Shown: positions 1 through 12,617 of the stretch, one piece after another | How positions within the stretch are numbered: position 1 is the first letter of the stretch | Layout of the letters: every line of letters begins with the position of its first letter | Assembly (NCBI GenBank): GCA_951406725.2 | Contig: OX597817.1 | Span: forward strand, 64,852,001 to 64,916,000 | DNA length: 64,000 nucleotides | Source of the DNA: Octopus vulgaris | Taxonomy: Eukaryota | Reading direction: 5' to 3' | Translations under genes and position numbers: made by a program | Notes under the pieces: generated by a model | Seen by the model: only the letters and a program-made list of their open reading frames with translations | Told to the model about the DNA's origin: nothing | Database searches by the model: none

Positions 1-2752
1 AATTTGGCAAGCCCTTTGAGGAAGTTTGATGCATTTGGTGTTCTGAATGTAGGATAAACATGGGCAGGGTAGGAATTCCATGTGTCGATGCTTTGGAGAT
101 GAAATATTGGGATTTGTTGTCTCTTGTCACTTGGATCAGAAGCTTGATTGCAACACATACTGATTGATGGTGTTATTTCTGTCTCATTCTGCCACTTAGG
201 TTTTCCCCAAGGTTTGCTAGTTGCTAATAATTACCTTTTGAACTTCCATTAGTGAAGTTGACAATAATAATGACTGACTTTCTTGTATGAATAATAAGCG
301 GCCAATTTTTGTTGAGAAAGTTACAATTGACTTCATCATCTCTAGTGTATTCCTCATTATCATTGTTTTTGATTGTTTTTTTCAATGTTTGTATGAATTG
401 GACAGGACTTATTGATGCAATATTCTTGGCTTGATACCCTTCCAGTTGTCATCCTTTACTTTTTTTTTTCAAGTGAGGTATGATCTTCATACATTGAAAC
501 TGCTGAGCATGGTTGTGCTGTTGCCCACAAAATTGATGTGAAGAAACACAAACAAAAATATTCACACACACACAACTAGTTTCTGCACATTTTCTGTCTA
601 CTAATTTCCCTCATTATACTGCTTTAATAAAAGACACTTATCAAAAGTGCCACACACTTGGCTGGAACGTGAAATCTTGTGGTTATGAAGCATACTTTGT
701 TGCCACCCAACCATGCCTATTTTTTCAGACACAGAAAGATGAAACTTAAGTAATATTAAGCAGTACCTCTTCTGCTAACTCTACCAACATTTTCATTGAC
801 AATTATAAGAAAGATTAAAAGAGACTTATGAAAAACTTAAATGTGCTTACTATTTTTTCTAAGCATTTATAAAAATTAAATTACACGTCTAATTACCTTC
901 ATGAAATTGTAAGTTCTCTTTAAATGCCATTTCTAATACCTACAGTACTCATTGGATTAGAATATATTGGTAGATTGATTTTTTTTTCTACTTTCTTAAT
1001 CATACTGAAAAATTATACATGTATTACTTAGAACTTTTTTATGTTAACTTTTAACATCCTGTTCAGTTTTGTAATGAATGAACAGAAAATATGTAAAAAT
1101 AGGTTTGTTTATTCAAATGCTTATAGTATTTTGACTTGAGGTTAGATCATTGTGTAAAAATTGGCAGTATTGCAGAAAAAAAACTTAGTTTTTTTTTTTA
1201 ATATAAGTAGCCATTTGTGCTAAAAATAATGTTATGCATGTGCAGTTAATTAATTACATAATAACTAGATGCACTCAAAAATAACAGATACACTAAAAAA
1301 GGTGATGGAAAGAATGATGCTAGTAATAAATACAATTGGTCATTGACATACTAATATCACAAGGAAAAAAAAATTCTCTGACCTTTTTGCAGCTTATCCA
1401 TTATGAAATTTACAGGTAAAATGTTACTCTGATCATAAACAACATACCCAAGAATGCACAAATTTCAACGTGTAGGAACAAAGTTGACAACCTCTTTTTG
1501 TTCTGCTTTCAAATTAGTTTAGCAGCTGTACTGATGAAAACTCAGTGGAAAACAATTGAAAAAAATACTCAACAAGCTTTACATCAAGTCCTAAGGGAAT
1601 TTTTGGGATCAACAACATTTGTGTAAGAAGTTCAGTACCTAACCACTTTTTAGGCAGTATTTAGTTAAAGTCACTTGATGGAAAAATCTGATGAATTGAA
1701 GTCAGTGTTAACAGAAGAAATAGATGTATTACTCTGATTGTAATGTCAAGCCTTATCGGCCATTACTTCATTGATTAAATCATCAAACAAGTTGTCAATT
1801 AAGGAATGATTAGTAGCCATTTTTCAAAGAAGGTTTCAATTTTTTTTTTTAAAAGAAGGGGGGAAAAAATTGCAAAATTACAGTAACACTGATGTTAATA
1901 ACAAATATTACAGAATATAAGATAAATGACTACTGAAGGATTAAAGTTTCCTTTAAAATGATCCACAAGGTTAGTTCAATTTGTGTGGTTTCAGGCAATA
2001 TAGAACTTGCTGACAGATGTGGTGCCTTATGAGTTTGTGTTATACAGTATATTAAGAATACTTTGTCATGACATCTTTTGGTTGCTGGAGTAGATACTTA
2101 ATTTGAATAGTAACTATGTATGATTGGTTCTTGGGGTATGTGTAAATCTTTAAAAGCAATAAAGCAGGTTGAAAACCAAAGTGTGTTTAAGGTGTCTTGA
2201 ATTACAGTGTGTTTTTCATGCTGTGGCCATTGTTTGGAAGGTGAACACAGTGCTAACTTGCAGTTTATTATAGTTTTTACACTTATAAAGAAGCTATTTC
2301 TTTTGAAAGTTAATAATCAAATATCACATTATAAGTATAATGTGAGAAAGAATTATAAATGCCATGACAAGTATTACTATTTCAAGAGCAGTGCTTGTGT
2401 TGAAAATTCTGCCCTGCCTTTGATTCAAAATTAGGTTTGCCGATATCATTTCTTGAAAACTTTAACATTATGTCAAGCACCTGCTATAATTTAATGATTG
2501 TAAATGAACATATTTGATAACACTCAAAAATATGTGGGTGGGGAATAAAATGTAAATTAATTTATGAAAGGAGTTATTAAGCTAGTTGTCTGGTCTGGTT
2601 CTTTTCCTTCGTGGTGGATTTTTTTGTGTTACATGTTTTTGACTATTTTATCATCATCCTCATTTTAACATCCACTTTTCTATCTTGCATGAGTTGGATT
2701 GAGTTTGTTGAGGCACATTTTCTACAGCTAGATGTCCTTCCTGTTGTTAATG

Positions 2753-4065
2753 TCATCATCATCATCGTTTAACGTCCTTTCTCCATGCTAGCATGGATTG
2801 GACGGTTCGACCGGGGATCTGGGAAGCCAGAAGACTGCACCAGGCTCCAGTCTTATCTGGCAAGCCAGAAGACTGCACCAGGCTCCAGTCTTATCTGGCA
2901 ATGTTTCTACAGCTGGATACCCTTCCTAATGCCAACCACTCCGTGAGTGTAGTGGGTGCTTTTTACATGCCACCTAAGCAGGTACCAGGCGAGGCTGGCA
3001 ACGGCCACAGTCAGATTGGTGCATTTTACGTGCCACTGGCACGGAAGCCAGTCGAGGCGGCACTGGCTTCGGCCACGATTCGGATGGTGCTTTTTATGTG
3101 CCACCGGCACAGAAGCCAGTCGAGGCGGCGCTGGCATCGGCCATGATTCGGATAGTGCTTTTTACGTTCCACCAGTCCAGGGGTCCTGGCATCTGCCGGG
3201 TGCCAGTCATAGGATTGGTTCAATTTCGATTGGGTGCCTGTCGTCGGATGAGGTTCGATATCGACTTCGCTTGCCTCAACAGGTCTTTGTGTGTCCAAGG
3301 GAGGAAAGGCATGCATAAGTGGGCTGGACTCACTTGTCCTGCCTGGTCTTCTCACGTACAGCATATTTCCAAAGGTCTTGGTTGCTGGTCATTTCCTCAG
3401 TGAGGCCTAAAGTTCGAAGGTCGTGCTTCACCACCTCGTCCCAGGTTTTCCTGGGTCTACCTCTTCCATGGGTTCCCTCAACTGCTAGGGATTGGCACTT
3501 TTTCACACACCTATCTTCATCCATTCTCGCCACATGACCATACCAGCGCAATCATCTGTCTTGCACACCACAACTGATGCTTCTTAGGTCCAACATTTCT
3601 CTCAAGGTACTAATGCTCTGTCAAGTATGCACACTGACATTACACATCCATTGGAGCATACTGGCTTCATTCCTCGTGAGCTTATGGATGTCCTCAGCAG
3701 TCACGGCCCATGTTTCACTGCCATGTAGCATGGCTGTTCATACACATGCATCATACAGTCTGCCTTTTACTCTGAGCGAGAGGCCTTTAGTCACCAGCAG
3801 AGGTAAGAGCTCCCTAAACTTTGCCCAGGCTATTCTTACTCTAGCAGTTACACTTTCAACGCACCCACCCCCACTACTGACTTGGTCACCTAGATAACGG
3901 AAGCTATCAACTACTTCTAGTTTTCCCCCTGGAAAGTGACGGAAGTTGTTTTCTGCAGATTTTCAGAGTTTAATGCTCCCGAGCATCTGCCACATACAAA
4001 AACTATCTTCCCAGTTAGCCTTCCTTTGACATTGCTGCACCTCTTATGTGTCCATAGCTTACACT
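2753..4065 (-). mobile_element. 5'-truncated RTE-clade LINE (ORF C-terminus, 3' UTR, (GAT)n tail)
   Basis: RWYGHVARMDEDRCVKKC...GRGRPRKTWDEVVKHDL is a typical RTE C-terminus; (CAT)n on + at 2753 marks the tail. Confidence 0.88.
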
Positions 4066-5230
4066 GTATTTAGGGAAATGTCTTTATCAAAAGATGATAT
4101 AATATTCATTGTTTAAAGATTGTGATTTAGATTCTACAGCTAATACCTTGCAATAAGAATGAACAAATAATCTTAAAATCTTCCTCCATGAATCAAATAT
4201 GTTTGAATTTGTGTCATTGTCCTCTCATTTCATTCAATTTGTGTAACTTTGCTCTTAACTGATTCCAGTATTTCATTAAGTTGCCAAAACTACATCACAA
4301 AGACTAGGCTTTTTTGTCAGAGTCAGAAAATATTTCAATAAATAAAAGGTGCAATGAAATTCATTCACTTAGTTATATAGCAAGATGATGCCTATAAGAT
4401 ATTGGCTCCTTTAATAGTTTGTGGTGACTAATTGTCTGTAGTAATGACTGTTAGGCAAAATTCATTAAATTACTGATTCACTAAATTCTGGTATACCATA
4501 GGATACCTACAAACACAGTAGTGACCACCTGTAGTCACAGGATTTTGGAGCAGATATATACTGAATTTTGAGTGAGCAGTGGATGTCTAGTGTCGAGTAC
4601 TTACTTTCATACCCAGTGTAGTGGTGCCAATGCCACGATGAGGATGCACTGGAGATAAGTTATCTGACAGGAAATCAGCTGCACCATTTGGAGCCATTTT
4701 ATAGGGTAGTTAGAGCTAATTCTTAATTGCTCTGCTCTATCTATACTGATCATAAAAGTATGGGTGTTCTCCAAATTTCAGTATTTTAGTATATTTACAT
4801 GTTTTTCTGGGACACCAATCATTCAACCAAGATATTTCAATGAAGTTGACTGAGGTGTGTATCTAAGTTGCAGTAGAATTTATGCTGACCTTTGTCAGTC
4901 ATCCAGCATTTTAACCATATAGTTTTAGCTATTAAAACTTTCTATATAATGTAATTATTAATTAGCAATTTTTAATTTAAAGACAATTTTTTTTGCTATT
5001 TCTTTTAATAATAACACTATTCACTATTTATTATGATATAATTGCAATTATATCTTTATCATTGTAATAAAGTAAAATTGATTTACACTGTTATGTCCTA
5101 ATGAATTTTTTTGTGACACCTGCTTTTTGTTTGTTCTTTGTTTTCTCTTCATTTATTCAGTCTGTTGTTCATAGTTTAGTATTTAGATAATTCCATTTTT
5201 AATTTCTTTTGTTCTGTTGCTTCATTTTAG

Positions 5231-5321
5231 CCAATAGAATGTCAGAAGCACCAACAGTTCATATCCTGGCAATGTATGTAATAATTTGTTTCATTGACTT
5301 GAAGCAAACATATTTTCATTG
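5231..5321 (+). other. candidate non-coding 5' UTR exon
   Basis: Pyrimidine-rich acceptor ending ttcattttag at 5230; possible donors GTATGT (5274) or G|GTAAGA (5322). Confidence 0.2.
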
Positions 5322-7086
5322 GTAAGAATATGAGGCCTGAGTAAATTTTCTCTTGAAGTAAATTCTCAGTACTTAGATATTTCCAAGTCAAGCAATTTAC
5401 TCTGTGTGCCACTTGCTGGTGAGTTCAGTAATGGGATTTGTCTGTGTGTGTGTGCGCATGCGCGCATTCATTTACATTAAGTTGAAATTGTGTTTGTTTA
5501 ATCCCATATCAGCTCTGATTAAGCAGACCAATGATGAAACCTTTGGCCATCTCATCTTAAACCTTTTTGGTACCAACCTGTCTGAGGCAGTACTTCGTTT
5601 TTTTGACGTAAATTCCCTGTTTTAAAGTGTTCTAAATTAAAACTTTACGTCAGAATTCCATGTTAATTTGATTCAAACTTTTGGAAAGCTGTTGTGCATT
5701 TTAAATGGTACAAATGGAATTTTGAAAAATTACCCTTTTTTTTTTCCAGCATGAAATGTTTGAAAGAATAGCAATTGCATGCATAGTGGTACATGTGGAT
5801 GAATAAAATGATAAAAATAGAGAGATGATGTGTAAACATAAATGCAAAAAAACTTTCAACTGATAGCTTTATCAAACTTTGCAAATACGAGCCCTCACAT
5901 TTAGTTGATTCTGTTTCCTTGTTGTGTGACTCCAAGGGTATTATCAACTTTGAAATGATTTAACATGATTTATAGTCAACAATTAAATTTGTTGGGCATC
6001 AATCTAGAATGTTGGTCTCTTCTGTTTATTTTTAGTTTTTCATGTGGGCTGTGTTGAATTTATTTTTAAAATGCATATAGATTTTGCCTTCATACAATCA
6101 TAAATTGATACTCAACAAATTCAATTGAATTCTTTAAAATTGTTCTTATTCGTAGCAGTCATTTAATCTGAAGCTAAATTCTTTGTTTGGTTATGAATTC
6201 ATTTTAGTCATTTAAATCTTTTTGCAAGATTGTCTGCCAACATGTTTTTATTCTCTCGTGTGTTAAACAAGTAAAAGTAATATGTGCCTTATAAATGGAA
6301 ATTGATAAAAGAAATCAAATTGAATTCTAAACAATTTTCTCAAAATATATATTTCATAAAATTCCATAAACATCTTGAAAAATTAACATACTTGACAAAA
6401 TATAACTGTATTTGGAAAGAAACCTTTTTGTAAGTGAAGAAATGCAGCAAGCATAAAATTGAAGATTTAAAATATAAAGAAACATTGTTTTGAAATACAG
6501 AGAAATAATATTTAAGAAATATCTTTTAAAACCAAAACTTATTGGAAACACATATCCTTATGTTTGTTCCATAGATTGTTTGACTTTTTTTTCTCTGCTT
6601 TATTTTAAAAAAATTGGAGAATGCTTTGTATCTGTACCCTTTTCTAGCTCTTAGAGACTAGAGAACTGATGTTCAGTTTCACTTTCTCTCCAGAGGGTGT
6701 TGCTAGAGTGCAAGACCTAAATTTCTTTGGAGATCAGATATGCTGCTGTTAAACCCTAGGTCAGCATTAACTGAGCACGTCTATGATGAAAGTGTTGCAG
6801 CCATATGACTACCTTGTTTTTATTCATCTATCAAGGATTACATTATCCAATATTTTGTTCCTTTTTAAGATTATATAGTGTGTTTTGATGGATATTCAAT
6901 TGCTGTTGTTAGGAAGTCAGACAACTAAGTAGATAGATGTTATTCATGAGTAATTTGGTGTTAACTTTTGATTTTGTAGAATTTATTAAAAACGCTTTGA
7001 ATTTGGTTCAGTTTAACTTGTCTAAAAATGGTTTTCTCACAATTTTTCTTTTTAGAATTTGGTTATTGAGAATAGATTTGTTTTAA

Positions 7087-7505
7087 TCCGTTCATCTATT
7101 AGCATATATCTAAAATACACACCCTATGTGTTTCAGTCAAATTATAAAATGATTAAGAACTTAGATTGGTTTCATAAACAATAATAACTTTTTGTTTGTC
7201 AATATATGAATATGGTATTTGGAACACAACTTAATAATAAAAGCTTCTTACGCAAATCTTGCATGGAATTTTTGCCCCCAAACTACAGGTATATGCATAG
7301 AAATGTAAAATTATGTTAAAGTTTTGTTCAGATACCAAATATAAAGAGAGTTGTCTTATAGAAGAATGTGGATTTTCAATTGAACTTGAGTACATATAAA
7401 ACAGATGTTATAAAAACAAATGAGCTCAAAATGTTGGAATTTATCAGAATTATACAAATTTAAATAAAATTTTGCGCACTATCTGCCAGGTTGGTAATAA
7501 AGTGG
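7087..7505. mobile_element. old non-autonomous piggyBac-type element
   Basis: TTAA at both ends; left part resembles 19282-19430. Confidence 0.45.
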
Positions 7506-7674
7506 TTAAATTGTAGGAAAGTGATAATTTCCTATAACCCATATTTTAAATAATATTGTAATTCCTTTTTATCTTAACTTTAATTCTGTTTTTCATTAAT
7601 TTAGTTATAATGCACAGAAAAGTTGATATTGACTGAATGTTATAATTCTTGCTCAAATTTATCATGAAGGATGA

Positions 7675-7990
7675 AGGTGTGTGGCTTAGTGGTTAGGGTA
7701 TTTGTCTCTTAGTTGTAAGGTCATAAGTTCAATATTCAGTGGCATATTGTGTCCATGGGCAAGATACCTTATTTGATGTTGCTCCAGTCCACTCAGCTGG
7801 CAAAAGTGTACCTGTAATTCAAAAGGCTAGTTCTGTCACATTCTGTGTCATGCTGAATCTCCTTGAGAACTATCTTAAGAGTACATGTACCTGTAGCATG
7901 CTCAGTCATTTGCATGTTAATTTCATGATCAGGCTGTTCTGTTAATGGGTTCAACTGGAACACTCATTGTTATAACTGATGGAGTGCCAG
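7675..7990 (+). mobile_element. tRNA-type SINE
   Basis: Head ggtgtgtggcttagtggttaggg...agttcaat with A/B-box-like motifs. Confidence 0.65.
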
Positions 7991-8119
7991 ATTGAGATTG
8001 ATTGAAGGATGAATATTTATTTTTGTTTGTTGCTATGGAATAAACTTGTGTTGCATATTCAATATTTAAGAAAGATCTTCCCATGCTGAAATTTCTTCAG
8101 TAATGAAGATGATATATAC

Positions 8120-8338
8120 CAGTGGTTTTCAACCAGGGTTCCGCGGAACCTTAGGGTTACACCAGTACAGTCTAGGGGTTCCGCAAGAAGTTACAAAACT
8201 GCTAAAATTGGCAGTAATTTTTAATTCTCCTGTGCAGATATGTGTGCATAAGACTATTAAATTATTGCACAGGGGTTCCCCGAGCCAGTGGAATGTTTCC
8301 TTGGGGTTCCGCTCCATCAAAAAGTTTGAAAAGCACTG
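8120..8338. mobile_element. hAT (Charlie-like) MITE
   Basis: TIRs CAGTGGTTTTCAA / TTGAAAAGCACTG and perfect 8-bp TSD ATATATAC (8112-8119, 8339-8346). Confidence 0.9.
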
Positions 8339-9034
8339 ATATATACAACTGAATTTCTCACAAAAGACATGATTGTCATTATTTTCTGTTCCACACTAAT
8401 TTGTGGACTTAAGGCTTTATGTTTATGCCAGAAATCAGATTGAATTATAAACTATAGTTTTTTTCTCTTTTTTTAATTTAATGATTTAGAAGAAAAAGCC
8501 TTTTCTGGGACTTCAGACTGAAGACTCATGTTTGCAGCAGAATAGGCACTGCCAGCAATGGATTAAGTCAACTACCAAATTACAGTGTCTGATGACTCCT
8601 ACAGAGTTTTTGCTGACCAAATTTCATGCACAAGACATTGGTCAACCCCAAATTATAGTAAAGCCCATTTGTCCAACTAACTAACTTTTCTGGCCATTGT
8701 TACCCCATCCATATGCTGTGAGGTAGATTCTATAATTTAGATCTGAAAGTGTGCAGTTTCCATTTTATAAATGGTTGGATATTTTTTGAGTGAAATTTGC
8801 ATATTGAATTGAGTAGTTTGAGCAAATGTGTAGAAGTTTTCTCATTGGCTTGTTGGGTTTTCTAATAAGCATATATGTATTTTCCAAATATGAAAATTTC
8901 TCATTTTTATCAGTCATTTTCTATACTATAGCTAGAATACTTTGTGCATTCTGATGAATGTTCTTTTTAAATTTCTGAACCTAAGGAAAACTAAAAATAT
9001 ATTGCAGGGCTCCACTTTTTTCTTAGATAACTAA

Positions 9035-9300
9035 TCTATTATATAAAATCCGTTCTGTCTGTCTGTGTGTGTGCGTCTTCTAGGATCTCGGACATCCTCC
9101 ATCCGATTGCGCTCAAATTTGATATGTAGATACCGATGGTATATAAGTCTTGAAAAAATTACAAAAATTGATTCCAGGTGAGAATGCGAACGTGCATTTG
9201 TACACACAAGTAACATCAGCTGTTGCGATCGATACTACACGTACGTGGGAAAAATGCACGGTGTCTCAAATTTAGGTTAAATCAGTGTCTCTCAAAGGGG
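9035..9300 (+). mobile_element. Helitron-type 5' end fragment
   Basis: A|TCTATTATATAAAA followed by (CTGT)/(GT) repeats, same layout as the 5' ends at 60175 and 63995. Confidence 0.55.
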
Positions 9301-9903
9301 AGACCTATGGGACGGTCGGACAAGTTGTTTTGAGAAAATTTGGTTTAAATGTTTGACAACTCAGCATTGTCCATTGGAGGGGGGGTTGGCGTTTTGCTTG
9401 TAATAAATAAAACATATCTGGTTAACCATATAATCAAAAAAGTGGTAATGCAGCTTTGTTTCTTAGGTACAAGAAATAAATTGATAAAGCCAAGTAATGA
9501 AATTGTTTGACAAACATCTATGCCTTTTTTAAGGGTATAGTTGAATTTGGGAAGTGAATTGGGTTTAGTCTGGAAATTAACCTAGATAGCCACCATTCTA
9601 GGGACCATATCTTATTCTATGGCTTTTGCCACACTTTGGTTAATAGTAATAGTTATAGAAAAAAACCTTAATTGTTATTACCTATTCCTTTTAATTGTTG
9701 TAAAAATATATATTCATAACCTTCAAAATTAAATTTTGCGTATTTAGAATCAGTAATTATAATCTTGGATTTCCAGTGCTTGACTAATATTTTATAAAAG
9801 ATGAAGGTAAAACTGACCTCAGTGAGATTTGAACTTGGAATGAATACTGCTAAGTATTCTATCCAACACCTTAATAAACTCTTATACCTCACCACCTTAT
9901 ATA

Positions 9904-10797
9904 CACGGGGGTACCCAAAAGAAACTGGAATTTTGCAATATTATTTTATTCATTTAGTTTTACATGTTTACATTTTTAATTGCCTTCAAAGTATTTTCTA
10001 TTTGAAGCAGTGCATTGTTCCAGGCACATTTTCCACTGTTCGAAGCAGTGCTGGAATTCTTGTGAAGTGATGCCTTTTAATGCCTCTGTCGTTTTTTTCT
10101 TCACCTCTTCCACATCTGCAAATTCTGTAGCATCAGCTTTCATTACCAGTGATGACCTTTGTAAAATGGTCCAGATCAACTTCCAACTGTTCTTTCAATT
10201 CACAACATGTATTCAGTTATGACTGCTTTTGGTCTTCTGTGAGCAAGCGAGGCACAGATTTTACTGCTACTCTTTTCATTCGCAATTTCTCACTCAAAAT
10301 TTGTTGGCAGGAACTCCAGGACACACCAATCCTATCAACAAGTTTGTCAATTGTTTGGTGACAGTGCTCCAAGCACAGTTCATGAATTTTCATGATGTTT
10401 TCCTTCGTTCAGGAGGTCAACAGTTGATTGGTTTTCAAGCGACAAGTGACCATTCCTAAAGTGTGAAAACCACTTGTAAACTTGTTTTTTGCTCATGGCA
10501 GCATCCTTGTAAGCTGTTTGAAGCATGACAACTGTTGTGGCCACTGTTTTCTACAGTAAAAAACTGAATTCCCCAAAAGCATGCTGTTGCTTTGTTTCAG
10601 CTGTTGCAAAAATTGATGAACACGAGAGAAGCAGTGCAAAACAAAGATGCATCATGTGGTAGTATGACCTCATTTGATGCCACCAGTTGGCAGGCTGGTG
10701 CCTGAGGGTCACATCAAGTGGCTTCTAGTGGTGGAGGTCTGAATTACAACACAATTGTCCCACAGAATGTTTCTGGTTTCTTTTGGGTACCCCTTCG
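9904..10797 (-). mobile_element. internally deleted mariner element
   Basis: TIRs cacgggggtacccaaaagaaactggaa / ttctggtttcttttgggtaccccttcg, TA on both sides; transposase remnants KVITGNES*CY and FADVEEVKK...KYFEG. Confidence 0.88.
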
Positions 10798-10874
10798 TAT
10801 TTATGTAGAAATATAAATTCATAATCTTCGAAGTCATTAAATTTCGCTTATTTAAAATCAATAATTAACACATT

Positions 10875-11740
10875 CATCACTTTTAAGCTTGTTTTTCTAT
10901 ATTTGCATGGGTTGGATGGATCTTCTCCAGCACATCTTGTCACCTGTCATGGTCATCTCCAACATGAGGTTTAGTCTTTTCAGAGTCGCCGTCATCATTC
11001 CTTTGGTGGTCCTCTTCTGTGGTTCCTTCTATTTAGATCTCTTAGCATGTTTTTTTTAACCCAGCTGTCTTCCTCATATACATCACATGCTCATACTAAT
11101 GTAATTTATTTTGCTTACTACTTTTGACTTCTCATATATTTAATTTTTTCTCAGATTATTAGTACTCTGTTGTTCTTGCACACTCTATGTCTAAGGAGAA
11201 TGTTTGCCTCATTTCTTTCAAACTTTCACATATCCTCTGCATTCACTGCCTATATTTTGCTGCCATGCATTATACTTCAAACACAAATGTCATACAATCT
11301 ATCTTTCACTTGTAAAGAGTATATTTTGTTGCTAGCAGAAGTTCTATTTCCTCAAACTTTTTGCACTCATTCTCACACTTGATGCTCTGCTTTTGAAACA
11401 CTAACTTCTACTGTTAATTAGGCTTTTCAACTATTTTAATTTATTTCATGGGTTCTCTTACTGCTCTTAACTGCTCATGTGCATCTGCTACAGACAGTCT
11501 TAATTTTCTTCCCTGACCCCAGTGCACTTCTTGTGTGCTCATATATTTAATATTTGATTTACAGTATTTAATTCCTACTTACTCCATTTCTAGATATAGT
11601 GGCTTATTCTTAGCTAAGAAATTGTCTCACTAAGGAAAGGGCCTCAGTGTTATCCTCTCATAAGACCAAACTGCATCTGAATTTTTCTGCTTGAACTCTG
11701 TCACTTTCATAACTTTGTCCACCAGTTTCATCCTTTAAGT
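10875..11740 (-). mobile_element. heavily degraded RTE LINE fragment
   Basis: Patchy similarity to the 2753-4065 and 23720-25645 copies. Confidence 0.45.
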
Positions 11741-12543
11741 AGATTGTTTCTTTAAAGAATGTTAAAACTCTCCATACAGTATTCAAATTTTACAAATTTT
11801 ACTAAATGGTTTTTATAGACAAAAGTATTTTCCTTGTATTAAATATTTTCTTTATAATTTGTGAAGGTGTGTAACTTGGTTAGGGTATTGGGTACTACAG
11901 CTTAAAACTCCAGTAATTTATAATTGGTCTAAATAGAAAATTTAGTAAATAAAACCACAAAGGGATTTTCATGGTTTGAATTTTGTGGATGGCAAGGCAT
12001 GAAATGATATTTAAAAAAGAAAAAAGAAAAAAAAAGAATTTTTTTTTAAGGTTAGTAAGTTATTTTGTTAGTATGGAGGTTTCAGTAAGTATGTGGAATT
12101 GGTGAATCAGATTTATCATCATCACTGGTGGAGATATTCAATTTTTCTTGATTGGTAGTTATTTGACTTGAGTATGAAATAAAGTCCCTTATAAGATTCA
12201 GAATTAAATTTATCAGACACAAACGACACACTCAGATGCTCTTCATTATTTATTTCTTACTTATTCATGTGAGAGGGAAATGGGAGTTGTGATAGTCATG
12301 TCTTTTTGAGGAGTGCAGCATAAATGAAGTGATCACGTATCAAAATTGAAACCAGATTGTAATTCTTACTTTAAGATATGTTCTGTCCTTCAAAATTATG
12401 TTATTTTACATGCTGATTTGTAATTTAATTGGTGATACTCAATATTAAACTTCATGTATATCTGTGTGTACATTGAATTACTGTATATGTGTCATAAAGA
12501 GAGTCATTTGGTAAAATAACTGATTTTTCTTTATTTTTTTCAG

Positions 12544-12617
12544 AGTAGAATAAATGTTTCCGAGCTATCGTGACTTGATAATACTGTGGCAATGTGAAAA
12601 TCATAATGAAATTGCAT
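12544..12617 (+). other. candidate non-coding 5' UTR exon
   Basis: Strong acceptor tttttctttatttttttcag and donor CAT|GTAAGC 74 nt later; no transcript evidence. Confidence 0.35.

Noticed and set aside
1525-1565. Sense-strand CTGATGA...GAAA hammerhead-like match
   Set aside because: No stem II or stem I pairing and no NUH cleavage triplet in position.
2950-3180. CRISPR-like repeat-spacer pattern (also 15470-15690)
   Set aside because: Eukaryotic LINE 3' UTR; spacers are related to each other and there are no cas genes.
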